DNA of 64,000 nucleotides from Ruditapes philippinarum (lineage: Eukaryota): contig NW_026864227.1 of the NCBI RefSeq assembly GCF_026571515.1, positions 1-64,000 of the forward strand. The letters run 5' to 3'. Made by a program: the position numbers and the translations under genes. Every line of letters starts with the position of its first letter. The stretch's first letter is position 1. Under the pieces are notes generated by a model. That model was not told where the DNA came from. It made no database searches and was given only the letters and a program-made list of their open reading frames with translations. Positions 1-18,700 of this stretch are shown one piece after another.

Positions 1-3000
1 CGTCACTGAAATAAAAAACTTACTTACTTACTTAGGGTTAGGCGTAATGTCCGCTACATGCTAGGAATAAGTGTTTATTTTAACAGATACAGAACAAGAC
101 AATGGGTTAATTTGTATACTGCAATTCCTCTAACAATCAGCTCATAAAGACGTATAAAATCTTTATATAAAGAAATAAAAATTAATGCAAATATGTCTGA
201 AAACTTCAGACACTTTTTATTTCAAATAAGTACTGTTACGCAAAATAAATATGTCTGCCTCCTAAAAGCATGGGCTGGTAATGAATAATTTCAGGATATA
301 TATACAATACAACCGAGTTACATGAAAATACAACTTGGTAATTTTTATATTACGTTTACGTTAGAGCTTCGACTATTTTCTTTAATATCAACCGCTCTAT
401 GTTTCTCCACACAAAAAAATAATACAAAATTATATCAATTTTACTTTATCTGTAAGTTTCGTTTTCTCCGTGAATACTTTGATGATTGATATCATTGCAA
501 AGTAAAAATTGTATTATTTAACTTTGAAAGTTTATAAAATAGAGAGAAATAAAGAATCCCTCAAGAACGCTAAAAACGACAAAATTGAAAATGTTGCAGG
601 CTCGGTTTGATTGAGTCTGTTCATGGACAGTAATGGAAAGTGCAAGTTACCGTCCACGCCCCATAGAACCGGCTTAAGCAGTATTCAACATATAACATGA
701 ACTGGTAAAATTTGGAATTTTGAAACATCCTTTGATGTGTTCATATGGCGGTTATCATGGAACCTTCAATGTGACACGTTAGTGCCATTCCATGGAAAGC
801 GGCATATTGAATATGTGTGTCCTAAACGAGAAAACAATGGACGGAAATAAGTAAAATGGAATTTTGAAAGGGGATCAGAGGTTATGAAGCCTGCATATCA
901 CAGATAAGACGTCAAAAGACAAATTTAAAAAGCAGGCCAATATTCTAGGGGTGATTCAACAGTATTCAAGTGAGGCATACTGGAACCACCGAGGCCATAT
1001 ATCTGCTGCATGTAGTCTACCAAATTATTATTTGAAAAAGAATAAATTCAAAATTCCTTTATGAAAGAAATATATTTGTATATTTCCTTAAAAGCAAATT
1101 AAACATGTACGAATATGTTGCCAAAACCTACATCAAATAACCGCATGATATTTTGTTCCGGAACATTTTCTTCTGTTTACGTTCGTATCATGAGTGTCCA
1201 ATAACCAAAAATTTATATACAACTTGCAAGAATCCACTATAAGTTCGGAAACATCGTAATTTTAACATTGCATGATAAATTTTAGTTTAAACAATATTTA
1301 TTTCTTCATCAATATTTACAGACAAGATTACAATATATAAATTTCATTCAGGATTGAGTAGAAAGCTTGGAGCTTATATGAAACTCTCTCCTGATAAATT
1401 TTATAAAAATATTTTATTATATTTAGCTTTTTACCCTTAAAGATTAATTTTATAAACATACGATAAGTTAAGCACTATTTTGACATAGCAAAACAAATGC
1501 TTTGCAAGTGTGAGCGTAGGTGTTATTTTTCATCATTACACCAACTAAATAATCATGAAATGTATATATTAAAAGCTTGTTCACTGTTTTAACATAACAA
1601 ATCCACGGTCATACATATCGGCGTTTTATTAATACGATTTTAAACATTTTACAAAGTGAAAAAGGGTATTTAACTAAACAGTACTATTTTTCAAATAATT
1701 TATGACACAGAGTTTATGAAGATGTTATTGATGAGATATATATACGACGGATGCGAAAATATTCAAGCTATCTGTTAACTTCAATAGAATATTAAAATTA
1801 CCATTTGAATTATGATCCCCTAATCATACGCTTGAAATATTTTAATCATAAAGCAATTATCTTTTTATACAACTCTGGATGAATGATTGGAGAACTGCAC
1901 CTAAGTCGTTTATAATCAATAAAAAAACTCAACATGATAGAAAAGATACCATTAATGCACGCGTGCCTTCAGTAAAAATATTTTTATGGTCATTTAAAAA
2001 TCAATGAAAAAAAACGCTAAAGATTTGCCAAACTAAGTACAAAACCATATGCAAATTTATAAAAATATTTGATTCTTAATTTACAAATTACTAAATTCAG
2101 TTCGAATTCACCGTACATAGTTACTTTATATTAGAATAAACAAAAAACGTTGTTCTTACATAATTAAAATGACATGGAAAATAAAGAATTTTAAAAAGTT
2201 ATTGAGCGTTTTTTAATTGTGGAAATGTTAACTTTACCTTTTTAAGTGAGCTCATGGGATTCTATCTCAAAACATAATTTTCGTTTCATCGAAATTGAAT
2301 TAGACTCATAAAATGAGGATTGTTATATCTTAAGCTAAGTTTTATTAACAGTACATCTCATTATATAGTGACAGTGACACAATTTACATTTAACATGCTA
2401 ATGTAATTGATCGATTTGTACTTCAAATAACTTTCGTTTGTCAACCGCATTTATTGAGCACAGGGGAAATTATTTTTAACTTAATAAACGCTGATTGCAC
2501 TTTTTTCTTAAAAGTGGTAAATCGATGTGTAGACCAAATGAATACGTTAACGAGAAACAAATGTAAAACTGTACAAAAAGAAGTCTTCATCACTAGAATC
2601 CTTTTTCTTTCCTTTACAGCGAATTCGCTTTGTTAACTGTCATTTAAAATCTTGTTTTTTTTCAGCGGTTAAATTCTTCTCATTCATACACTGTTTCAAG
2701 TATAATACAAGAAACATGCAATATTGATACCCGTTAGATTGATATATATTTTGTAACCTGACTCCATTAATAAAAACTATGTTTTGTTCTGTTTAAAATA
2801 GAATGGAATTTACAGGGACACGTCTTATGATTTATAATTTCAAAGTAACACACCGTACAATCAAATTGGCAGACAGCAGTTCAAGCGTCGACAGCTGTAC
2901 CAGTATATACATGTCGGCGCACGAAACACAATTGACGGACAGTCAGTATTCATCTATATTAAACATATCCCAACTGTGTTCAAGTAAATCAATGTTATGG

Positions 3001-3435
3001 ATTTATAGTCAACATCCAAAGGAGCATGCTAACAAATTTCTGGCCCTGTGCAAGCTTTACTTCACGTGAATTTTGACTGAAAATAACCACACTATCCGAT
3101 GAGATGCGGCATTTTTATTTTTAAGTCACAAAAACCTATATTTTCTCCTGATAATAAATTCTTTTATCATACAATTCGTAAACGTCACCATTTCGTCATT
3201 AAATATTCCAAACCATACCTTCAAAAATGCTTTTCTGTTAAAGTTATAGGGTATTTAAGTTTGAGTGTCATCAAAATTTTAGTAACGTCATCAGCCGTTC
3301 GCCTCTTTTTAATGATAACATCGACAGCCATTCATCGGCAAGAATAAATAACGCTGAAAGCCGTTCAAGGAAACATTTTTCAATGGATAAATGGATAATG
3401 GTGTCTCAGCTAAGATACAACAAATAATAGCCCGT

Positions 3436-3592
3436 NNNNNNNNNNNNNNNNNNNNNNNNNNNNNNNNNNNNNNNNNNNNNNNNNNNNNNNNNNNNNNNNN
3501 NNNNNNNNNNNNNNNNNNNNNNNNNNNNNNNNNNNNNNNNNNNNNNNNNNNNNNNNNNNNNNNNNNNNNNNNNNNNNNNNNNNNNNNNNNNN
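3436..3592. other. Assembly gap (157 N), followed by an (ACTA)n-like microsatellite to about 3685
   Basis: Run of n in the sequence; actaacta repeats directly after it. Confidence 0.99.
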
Positions 3593-5109
3593 GAACTTAC
3601 TTACTAATTAACTTACTTACTAACTAACTAACTAACCTACTAACTAAGTAACTAACTAAACTAACTAACTAACTACCTAACTAACATATTTTTTTACACA
3701 AAAGTGTTAGATTTCATTTCTCAAATGGGATTGTAGATACATAACATATGCCATCTCGTTGATTGTTAACCTTTGAAAAGTCCGAATGTCTTGATAAAGA
3801 AATATTTATCAAGATGCGTTAATGTTTCGCCAAGCTTTAATCAATTTCGCTAAAACATTTACACTGTATCCTTTGAGAACACCAGTCTCTGAAATATTAG
3901 CAATTTATGTTTAAGTTTCTTTCTTCCCAGTGTCGTCTGTTGCATTCAAAATGATTTACAATCACTAGCTTTATCAGAAGAAATAAACAATTATAAACAA
4001 CATGAGTTGTACTCTTCAAATCTCAAATGTAAAAAAATATATTTTTTATTACATACACATCCTGTGTTGTCATCATTTAAGAAATTACTCTTTGTAATGA
4101 AAACGAACACATTTCAAAACTCTCTAGATTCCCATACCTGTCTGTAGAATAAGAAAACAACTAAATAAACAGAATCATACGAAAATCATCGTGAAAGTAC
4201 CGCACACCTCTTTATTATAATAAAAGTAATAGCAAATAGGTTACTATTATTACTCGTAGTATCAAGTGTATAATATTAAGTGATTATCAGGCCTGAAGCA
4301 AAAAGTTAGAAATTATTTCTTATCTTCAATTATTCAATTTAAATCGTCATCTTTGAGTTTATTACATTATCAAAGACTCCCCTTCTTTGAAAGATAGTTA
4401 AATAGATATTGCATGTATTTAAATTCAGTTGGCCCGTCAAAGTTTATTGCACTGGTGGGACAAATATTCATATTTAAATATCTTTTTATGGTTATGTTTT
4501 TCTTAAATATTGTTCTGAATTGAAATGAATATCGCCACGCATTTTCAATTGCACGAAAGCATGTTTGTGTTTGTTTGGTTTTTTATTACTGATGTCAAAT
4601 TCCTAAGTCGTACCAGTTGACTACTTCATGCGTGTCTTATCTCCAGTTATCTCAGCAGCATAGACAGGAGGAAGTCAATAGAGAATCATAGCTACGTACG
4701 GTAATGTGGAAACCAACACAAATAACAGACAGTAAACACGAAATTTAGTTCGCACTTTATGTCCACCAAAATTTATAATATTGATAGATAGATGAACTTT
4801 ATTCATACAAAGGCAATATGCCCATCAGTCTACAGTAATAATACAATCAGCAGATAAATAACATCAATGGCATGATATAGCATGGTATACATAAAATAGG
4901 TCTATTAAAAAGTCAATTCTTATTCATCATAACAAATCTAGTGTATAATATATATGATTGTATAATATTTTATTCTAGACTATATAGTTTAATAGCACTG
5001 TAGTGGTGAAGTAAGCAATAAACAACAGCAGCTTTTCATAATATTTTATCATAGACGTCATTGTTAACACCGACGTTGAAAAAACAATAAAACAATAATT
5101 TTAACTAAT

Positions 5110-5192
5110 GTCATTTAACATATAACATATTACATGAGGCGCAAGTAAACAAAACGCATGTCATCTTCTGAAGGTTCACACACTGGACGAAA
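5110..5192 (-). pseudogene. PGGT1B: Disrupted PGGT1B exon 5 fragment
   Basis: After a cag acceptor it reads FRPVCEPSEDDMRFVY[+1]CASC[+1]ICYMLND (family motif DMRFVYCASCICYML). It has one base missing at the start and two single-base insertions, then similarity stops and a TAA follows. Confidence 0.75.
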
Positions 5193-5578
5193 CTGAAATA
5201 CAGATAAATATAAGCTGAGGTATAAATTTATAACTTAAAATTTGAGGGCACCAGTTCTTATGCTTGAAATCCATAAATCAATGGATGAGGGTGGGGGCAC
5301 AGAAAAGATTATTAATGTACTACATGTACATATATAAAGAAGGGCAATAATTCTACTAAATTAATCACAGAACTATGCTCCAAGGCACTTGATGACAAAA
5401 GTTCTGTGGGAATTTAACAAACTTCCTTAAGAACTGTCAGAATTTCACACAGAGTGTCATCTATATATTACATAGGTGAGAAAAACGACAACAAAATAAA
5501 ACAGTGTCATACATGCAATTTTGACTAAAATAAAGGTTGTAAAAACGAGGACAATATTCTCCATGGTTAATGATGTCA

Positions 5579-8858
<3,280 letters not shown>

Positions 8859-9712
8859 CGATCCCACTTACGTTAAGTAATATTTGTTGTGGTGAAATAG
8901 TCGTGGAAAAAATGGATATTTTTTTGTAAAATCTACGAATAGTCGCACAAAAAATGAGTGAAAAATGATCAGTTTTATGTTTTTTCTTCAATAAATTCAA
9001 TTTATTGTCAAATGACATATTAAATGTAAGTGGAATTTGGTTTTCAGTACAAATTATTTGGGCAACTCAACTGGTACAATATTTATACTCAACATCACTA
9101 ATTCCGCGTCATCACTTACCTCGCGGTAATGGCATATTTTCATGTGGCCAGTGTTAAAATTGGTCAGAATTGACATATTTTATTCAAACACCTTAACAAC
9201 AAAGTTTTTGTGCAAAATAATTTAAATCTATAGATTTTTACGTAAAACTGAGCAACATTTTACAAACTTCTGCAAAAAACAACAATAGTCCATTAAATTT
9301 GTGCATACGTCTGAAACAATCATCATTTTCTAAATGTTCTTGTTTGTTAAAAAAATAAATTTTGAGTTACAATGTAAAGATTATTTTAATATTTAAAATT
9401 ATGCAAAATAACATAAAGAAATTATAACTGAAACTTGAAAAAACTGAAATAAAACACCTTTACCGCGAGTTAAATGATGACATACTATTTTCAAAATAGC
9501 CGACACACGGTCTACATCTGACAAATTAAAACTAATTAAGATTGAATATATTGTTGTTTCCTTGTGTCATATAGCAGAAAAATGACTAAATGATACAGTT
9601 TATGACAATTTTTGTAGTGTGAGTTTATTGTTTGTGTTCTTTACTGTTTTAAAGTGTTAAGTACCGTGACCTAAGAGGAGCACAGTATATATTGAAACTT
9701 AAAAAAGTTAAA

Positions 9713-10589
9713 GGAAGTGGCTAGCCGCACGGGCCCGTACGGCTAGCCAAAAGTTCTAGCCATACGTGAGTCACGTACGACTAGCAAGGACACACTGTAT
9801 CGGCTAGCCATACAGCATTTTCAAAATTAGATGGAAGTCGAAAATGCATATGTTATTTTATGACTTTAAGCGAGGATTTTAACCTGGAAACAGCAATTGT
9901 CTTCGTATGTTTACTTTTTAGAGATTAATCGCCTTGTTGGCTACAGTAAAAAAAGTACAAATATCGATCTTTGTCATCTCAAGACGTTTAGAAAAAATAG
10001 CGTTTGGTCGCAGTTAAATATAACATCAATTGAAAAAGTTTACAAAATGTTAATGATAATCGGTTTTTGTTTCATTAAGTTTAATTTTCGACACCTTTAA
10101 AATGAAAAATTGTGGTTTGGCTCTGATAATTGCGTCAATTACCGACAGTATAGAGGTTTGTCCATCATTAAGGAAATTTTGCATGTTCCGTGAAACGCAT
10201 TTTGAAATTCTATTGTCAGTCCCTGGGTAGGCTTTAGTTAAGGCTTATTTCTTGATTGTGCTTTTATGTTCGATATTTATCTACTGTATTTGAAAATTAT
10301 AATAATTTTTGCTTTTCAAAGTTTTTTTTTTCAATGTTCTTTTTATTTATTCCACTCCGATTATTTATTCGATCCATGTGCTTAATGAACAAAAATTCAC
10401 CTTTCATACAAATAAAACTACAAATCATAATCATGAGGCACAAAATAACAGATGCATGTTCGACATTCATGTAAGTTTGAAAAGTGACGTACAACTAGAC
10501 AATACAGTGAGTCCTGGCTAGTCGTACGTGACTCACATACGGCTAGAACATCTGCCTAGCCCTACGGGCCCGTACAGCTAGCCACTTCC
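9713..10589. mobile_element. Non-autonomous DNA transposon (MITE), Mutator/MULE-like
   Basis: About 70-bp imperfect TIRs (GGAAGTGGCTAGC...GCTAGCCACTTCC). Perfect 9-bp TSD aaagttaaa at 9704-9712 and 10590-10598. Confidence 0.9.
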
Positions 10590-11175
10590 AAAGTTAAAAG
10601 GTCAAATTTCTGCTTCAACTATTGATTTTTATTGTCTGGATGACACTGTCACACTAGGGTTAAAAATCGCACAAATGTGATTAAATGGGAGTTAAACCTA
10701 CAGGAGGCTGATGCTCTACCTTGACATCACATAAGCCATAAACCAACATGCTATTTCTTTATAACTTTGTAAATTCTCAAATCCTGTATACACGTAGTTT
10801 TGGGAATCGAAATGCTTAAATACTGTATTACATTGTGATTGCTGTCATTATGTGTAGCATTGGGAATGCTCTTCTCCTGTGTGACCTTTGATATGCTCTT
10901 GTCCTGTATAGCTTTGTGAATATTCTAGTTATGAATAGCTTTAGGAATGCTCTAGTCCTGTTTAACATTTGAAATGCTCTAGTTCTGTATAACTTTGGAA
11001 ATGCTTAAGTTACAATGTATGTATAACTTATTGAATGCTGTAGTCTTGATTAATTTTGGTAATGCTCTGATCCTGTACAGCTTTGGGAGTTCTCTAGCGC
11101 TACAGTGTTTCAGGAATGCACTGGTTTTTATATATTTACAGGTTGAAACTCTACTGATTATAAAAAGACAGCAAG

Positions 11176-12790
11176 ATGAGCAAAAGATCTAAGTTGTCTA
11201 AGACGAAGAAGGAGACTTCAGAGGATATGGCAAAATATAATGCAAAGTCAAAGAAATCCTCTTTAAAGCACAATAGTGTTTTACCTGTAGTGCAAAGTCA
11301 GGCCATGGCACTTGATTCTGGGGTGTTACCTGTAGTGCAAAGTCAGGCCATGGCACTTGATTCTGGGGTGTTACCTGTAGTGCAAAGTCAGGCCATGGCA
11401 CTTGATTCTGGGGTGTTACCTGTAGTGCTAAGTCAGGCCATGGCACTTGATTCTGGGGTGTTACCTGTGGTGCAAAGTCAGGCCATGGCGCTTGATTCTG
11501 GGGTGTTACCTGTAGTCGAAAGTCAAGCTGAAGAATTACTAGATTCTGCAGGTTTCTCTGTCATGAGTCAGGCACATGATCTAGATTCTGACAATCCAAT
11601 AGGATATGGAGCTAGGTAAATTAAAATATTTGTTTACAACTTATTTTTACTTTATTTAACTCTTTGTAGAACATTTGGGTACTCAGATGAGGTATATATT
11701 ATTAGGTTGTACTATCGTATGTTCCAGGTTGTGACTGTCTTGTTGCCAGTTATTGCATTATACAGCATCTCCTAAACCACCAAACCTGTTGTATTTATAT
11801 CATAAAGATAGCAGTGGATAGCACTTTGCAAAAATAGAAAAATCATACCAGATGACTGAACAAGTATATTATTGTTGAACTGTTTCAGAAATTGATGTTA
11901 ATGCAGGATTATGTCATTAATGCTAAATTGTTACATCAGTTTCATCTAAATTTTCCTTATTAGTATGAATAAATGACACTGTGTAGTGATTTGACGGAAA
12001 TTGTGAGATTTTGATAAAAAAAATACAGCAGGAAGGTAAATATAGATACATGAGTGACAATAGAATCTGATAAATGCATTCTAATCCTCACTGTTTTTTA
12101 CATATGTGATATAAAAAGATAAAATACCAAATTATTTATTCTCCTGCAATGGCAGTATTGAATAATGCAAGATAATTATTTTGTCTTACATAAAAATCAC
12201 CATATACTATTATGCACAGTATTTAAAGATTTTCCTTCTTTGTGAAAAGATCAAAGAAAAAGATGCCGCCGCCACCACCACAACCACCTCCACCACAACC
12301 ACCACCACCTAAGTCACAACAGATGTCAGCTCCTGTACCACCACCTGTACCACCAGTGTCTAATCAGCTAAAGACCACAGCTTCCATACCACCAACACCA
12401 AAGATAACTGCCAGTGCTTTAGAACTGGAGAGGAAGAAATTAAAGAAGCCAGATGAAATAAAGAAACAAGGTGAGAATTTATCAATCAAGTAATTTTTCC
12501 CTCAGTGTTTCTCGTAATACTAAGATTATACATTGTATAAAAGCATCTTTCTATTTGATGATTTTAAAAATCTCATTTTGAAACAAATTTTGATAAAACA
12601 ACAAACAACTTTCTCAATGTTATGTCATCATTAGATTTTATTTATTATAAAATATTCATGTAAAATATATTCATGTAGTTTTAGTTGATGTTATATGCAT
12701 TATCATTTTTCTGTTCTAGTCAACCTGGAGCGGTCAGATTTTTTTGACATTCACCAGACTTACACACATATTCCATTATTGGAAGCAAGG
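11176..12790 (+). CDS. ROCO gene exons 1-3 (11176-11615, 12229-12470, 12720-12790): 15-aa repeat and proline-rich N-terminus
   Basis: MSKRSK...(VLPVVQSQAMALDSG)x5...; KKMPPPPPQPPPPQPPPPK...; VNLERSDFFDIHQTYTHIPLLEAR. Phases 2, 1, 0 are consistent. The exon 2 acceptor (aag) is weak. Confidence 0.75.
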
Positions 12791-15700
12791 GTAAGTTTTA
12801 AATATGCAATACATAGTTATGTTTTCTTCTTTTAAGCATGTGTTAATTTGGTTTTAAACAGTACAAAATAATTATACAGTCAGGACTCATTACAACGACA
12901 CTGTTGGTTCCCAAAAATATGTCAGTATATCGAATTTGTCAGTTTATTGAATTTCATCATTCATCATGTAATGATATGCTTATTCACTGGTATTTGAACA
13001 TTATGTATTTATATCTATAATAAACATCTATAATGAAAAACATTTTGTGTGTATGTGTTCACTTTATTATACACATTACATATCATACACATAATACATC
13101 ATAATAACTTTATTAAAATAATAACAACTAAAATGGTTTTAAAGTGCGCATCGGTTGAATGTTAAACTAACGCTCACTTCTGAAGTAGCGTGAGTGCATT
13201 CAGTAAGCTGCGAAGGGAGCGTAAAGATTGACATGAAAATAATAAAACTTTATAATATAAAAAACACATACAATGATAGAACTTCCTTTATATGAATTGA
13301 TTTCGTTTTTTGTTCAAAAGTTAAATTAGTCCGTTGACGTTTAGTTGAAGGTTCTGCAATTATTTTAATTAAAAAAGTCACAAGTTGGCAAGTGTAACAA
13401 AATTCAGCTGACAACAACACTTTGGTATTGTAATAAGGTATAACAATCAACTGACCAAGCTACAATACCTCTTTTAACACCTTGCTGCTTTTGTTCACGG
13501 CTCTATGACATGCGCGCTTGACTGACCAAGTGTCAGTTAAACGGGTACTGATTGTATAGAAAATAACACGTTTGGTTTCCCATTGTATTGTGTCGGAGTC
13601 GGAATACAAATTTTCCGTTATAAAGGATTATAATAATGTTGAAAAAATTTGGTTCCCACCAATTTACTGTCGTTATTTGAATTTGTCAGATGTATTGAGT
13701 CCTGACTGTATCTTGGTTAAAAAATTAAAGCAGTAGATAATATAATTTTATAATAAAAGTATGGTACATGTATTATGCTAAAAAATTGATTCATAAATAA
13801 TGTGTGTATGTATTTGTGTATTCCAGTGCATGTGTGTGTACTTGTGTATACAAGTGTGTGTACTAATGTGTGTTTGTGTGCCTTTGTGTACATGTATGTT
13901 AATGTGTTTGACTAGACGTGTATATGCCACTGTGTGTTTACTTGTGTATGTGATAATTGTCATTGTGTTTGTGTGTACTTTGGTATGCCACTGTGTTTTT
14001 GTGTTTGCCACTGTGTTTTTGTGTATGCCACTGTGTTTTTGTGTATGCCACTGTGTTTGTATGTTGTTGTGTATGCCAATGTGTACATGTGTATGCTAGT
14101 GTGTTTGTGTACTTGTGTACACCATAGTGTTTATTAACTTGTGTATACCAGTGTTTTTATGTGTATTTATATTATTGTGATGTAAGTATTATAATGCTGC
14201 CAGTGTAGGATAAAAGTCCCAATATCCCTGAACTGTCTTCATCGGTTCTACTTTTTCACCATCAAGGGGCTATGAGTCTTTCTCCCAGCTTTCACTGGGT
14301 TTTTGGATGTTATCTCCAAAACATCAGATAAGGGGCTTTGATTGATGGGCATTTGCACCTAGAATATTAGTTGCATATAAGTTAACATTGTCAGTGTTAC
14401 ATCCTTTAATTGTTGTTCTTTCTTCTATTTACTTAAGCATCATAGAATGATTGTAAAGGATGTTATATATCAACACTTTACCAAACTTTGTAGCTATCTT
14501 TTTTCTCTTTTCTGAGGTAAATTTCTAGCATCATATTGTAAACATAAGTAAAGTTAGCTGTCAACTCTAATAGCCCTATGTTTATATCTTTCAGGAGTCT
14601 CTTAGAATGTCAACTCTAAAGACAGAGGTTATTTCAATAAGCTTTGATGGGATTGAACAAATGTCAGATGGGTTCCTATTTAGTTTATTTCATTGTAAAC
14701 TTAACCTGAGTACAGTGAAATGGATCTCCTTAACAGGTAACTCATTTGTTGCGCAAGAAAATATATTTTATGTTCTAACAAGGATGATAATTGTGTATTA
14801 GAGCTGACAAATCTAAGATAAAATATGTTGCTTCTGCCAAATATTTAGAAAAAATGCTAAATAAATGCAAAATATAGAGAAACAGTGTGTAGTTACTGTA
14901 GTAACTGGCCATTATTGAGAAACAATGGGTAGTAATTGCTAGAAATACTGATTTAGCAATTTGTAATAATTGGCTATAAATGAGAAACACTTTTAAATAA
15001 ATGGCATTTTAATTGTGAACAAATGTGATTTGATTTGTATAAAGGTAAGTTGACAGTAAAAAGGCTTAGAAATTAGTTAATACATAGGTGGTTAGAAAAG
15101 CATACAAATAAATCAGATAATTTAAGCACATTTGAAGTCAAATTCATTCCATTAAAAGCTTAAGTCATACCATACCTGATATTTGCAGGAGCTATTGTTT
15201 CATTTTGTTGTCTTAGTTTTTGTGATATCTGTCTCACTTATGTTGAAAGAAGAAAGAAAAACAGTAATCTAAATATATATATTTGTATATTGTAGGATGT
15301 TATAACATGACAGCAGTAATCTAAATATATATATTTGTATTTTGTAGGATGTTATAACGTGACAGCAGTAATCTAAATATATATATTTGTATATTGTAGG
15401 ATGTTATAACATGACAGCAGTAATCTAAATATATATATTTGTATATTGTAGGATGTTATAACGTGACAGCAGTAATCTAAATATATATATTTGTATATTG
15501 TAGGATGTTATAACGTGACAGCAGTAATCTAAATATATATATTTGTATATTGTAGGATGTTATAACGTGACAGCAGTAATCTAAATATATATATTTGTAT
15601 ATTGTAGGATGTTATAACGTGACAGCAGTAATCTAAATATATATATTTGTATATTGTAGGATGTTATAACGTGACAACAGTAATCTAAATATATATATTT

Positions 15701-18700
15701 GTATATTGTAGGATGTTATAACGTGACAGCAGTAATCTTAATATATATATTTGTATATTGTAGGATGTTATAACGTGACAGATGAAGGTGTTTACTGGAT
15801 TTCTCAAACTTTCACAAACATTAAATCAGTAAGTGGTTTTTTATATGCATTCCTGAACCTTACATCCATAAGTAAACTAAAATCTGATTTTGATTGTGTT
15901 TGCTTTTTCAAACATTTCACAATAAAGTTTTTCTTTTGTTTTACTAAACCTGATATATCTATAAATTGTTGCAATTAACTTGCTTTCATAAGCCTTAAAG
16001 ATGAAGTCTTGAACCTCAAATCTGAAAACTACAAGTTTTATCTGTTAACATGGTTTCCTATACCTCAAATTTGAAACCTGTTTTTGTTTTGAAAGCTTAA
16101 AATCTCTATATTTTTTTTGCTTTCTGCAACAAATGGGCTTTTGTTTGTTATCGCTTTCCAAAACTTCAAACTGACCAGGCTTTGTTTGTTGTAGCAATCT
16201 CAAAATACAATATCGGAAGTTTTCATTAGCTTTCCCTCACCTCTAATACATGAGGTTTCATTTGCCGTTTCTGTCCCAAATTTCAATAATTTAGTTTTCT
16301 CGTGCTTTCTTGAACTGGCCATGAGTTTTTGTTTGCTTTCTCAGGTTTGTATTATGATGTTTTGTATGATGTTGCTTTCCCAAACCTTAGTATTAGAAGT
16401 TTTCTCTTGCTTTATCAAACCTCACACTCCCAATGAGTGTGCTCTGCATACAACACCCTATGTCAAATGTCAGCCTCGTCATTCATATCATTTTATTTAA
16501 GAAATGTTCAGTTTACTATCCAGCTAGTGATGCTGCTCCTCAGACAGTTTATGTTTTCATTATTTTCCAGTGAAACTATGTACAATCATTGAAATGTTAA
16601 TATTTTTCATTAACAATGCCCAGAACCACAGATAATCTGGTTATATACAATATGGTATCTACTGGTGACATATTTAAGGTACAAATATCAAAACACCATG
16701 ATAAATATGAACATATGATAAATATAAATATATGATAAATATGAAAATATGATAAATATAAATATATGATAAACATGAAAATATGATAAATATAAATATA
16801 TGATAAACATGAAAATATGATAAATATATGATAAATATGAACATATGATAAATATAAATATATGATAAATATGAACATATGATAAATATGAATATCTGAT
16901 AAATATGAAAATATGATAAATATAAATATATGATAAATATGAAAATATGATAAATATAAATATATGATAAACATGAAAATATGATAAATATATGATAAAT
17001 ATGAACATATGATAAATATAAATATATGATAAATATGAAATATGATAAATATAAATATATGATAAATATGAACATATGATAAATATAAATATATGATAAA
17101 TATGAAAATATGATAAATATAAATATATGATAAACATGAAAATATGATAAATATGAACATATGATAAATATAAATATATGATAAATATGAAATATGATAA
17201 ATATAAATATATGATAAATATGAACATATGATAAATATAAATATATGATAAATATGAAAATATGATAAATATAGATATATGATAAATATGATAAATATAA
17301 ATATATGATAAATATGAACATATGATGAATATAAATATATGATATGAACATATGATAAATATAAATATATGATAGATATGAACGTATGATGGATATAAAT
17401 ATATGATAAATATGAACATATACTGTGTTTTCAGATTCAGTTATCAGGATGTAACAAGATAACCGAGAAATCTATAAATTATTTGAAGAAACTATCAATG
17501 CAGGAAATTATCCTTGATGGTACAAACTGTGGGGTATTACCACTTGATGTAAACCTTGGACAAAACTTTCAGGCTAAACCTCATGCTCCAAGTATGTTAA
17601 TACAGTCAAATTTGATATATATAATGTTTATTATTGTAACACAATGTAGCTTTGTGTATATATTATAGTATATTTATAATTTCATAAATAAAAGGATGTT
17701 ATGCATCTTTTACACTACATAATTTGATAGCTGTATATTAAAAGAAATTCTATGTGATATTAGCTCTTTATATAGAAAGGAATGCCTTTGTTTTATTTAA
17801 TTACAATTTGTTGATGTCGTTTTATATAAACTGAACTTTCCATATGTTTGTTATTATATATTTTCAGGTGTAACTTTCAATGGCTGTCCTATGATGTCTC
17901 CAATGTTATCTGAAGTAAACAAGGAATCAGGCTACAAATCCTGGTCACCCGGCAACTTTCCAGGTAACTTTATACAACATTAGGAAAAAAACAGCTAGAC
18001 ATCAGTTTAGAAAAAAACATGATATCAAAGCAAACTGGTGACCATATAGTGTTATAATTTATTTCCATTTTTATCTATATTTTACTAATCTTATAACTGT
18101 ATTCCTAGAAATTATTTTGTCCTTTTTATGTAAGTGCTTTTTATGGTAGGGACATTTCCGCGAATATGTATAGCTGCGAATATGTTATTGTTTGGTAAAA
18201 GTACTATAGCAAATAATAAATATATTGATAAACAAATATCAATTAAATCTTAAAAAACAAATCACTACTGTACATTTGAAAAACCTTTTTCTCACCCATA
18301 AATGTTTATCATAAGAAGTCTTAATACTGTATTTTATCTCAGAATTTCATTTTACTTTAGGAGATACTTATTTTATTTTGATGTGCATAAATCTGAATAT
18401 CAAATGCAATTTTTTGAATATTTAATGTATTAAGTAAGAGACAATTATATTTTAATTACCCCTAATTACATTTTTGTAGTGTTCTCATTTTCAATAGTAT
18501 TACTACTTATTTTCACAAAACATTCAGTAAGAATATTGTTTATTGCAGCAACTCTAAGAAAATTGGTGATATTAACTCCAGAAAACCTACCATGGAATCC
18601 TCTAGCTATACTGACCAATGGTCAAGATATCACTGCAAAGTCTGGCCTGTTGTATAAACATAACTGGACACCTTTCAAGGACAACAAGATCAAAGATGTC

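Noticed and set aside
1-3435. Short ORFs and possible further PGGT1B exons
   Set aside because: I found no recognisable motifs such as GRPNKPVDTCYSFW on reading, so the region is treated as intergenic or decayed repeat.
12220-12228. Stronger-looking cag acceptor at 12219 for exon 2
   Set aside because: It gives an in-frame TAA after two codons, whereas the aag at 12228 preserves the frame.
16597-17419. Long ORFs (187-243 aa) on the minus strand
   Set aside because: They are translations of an AT-rich minisatellite, open in all three frames, with no protein signal.
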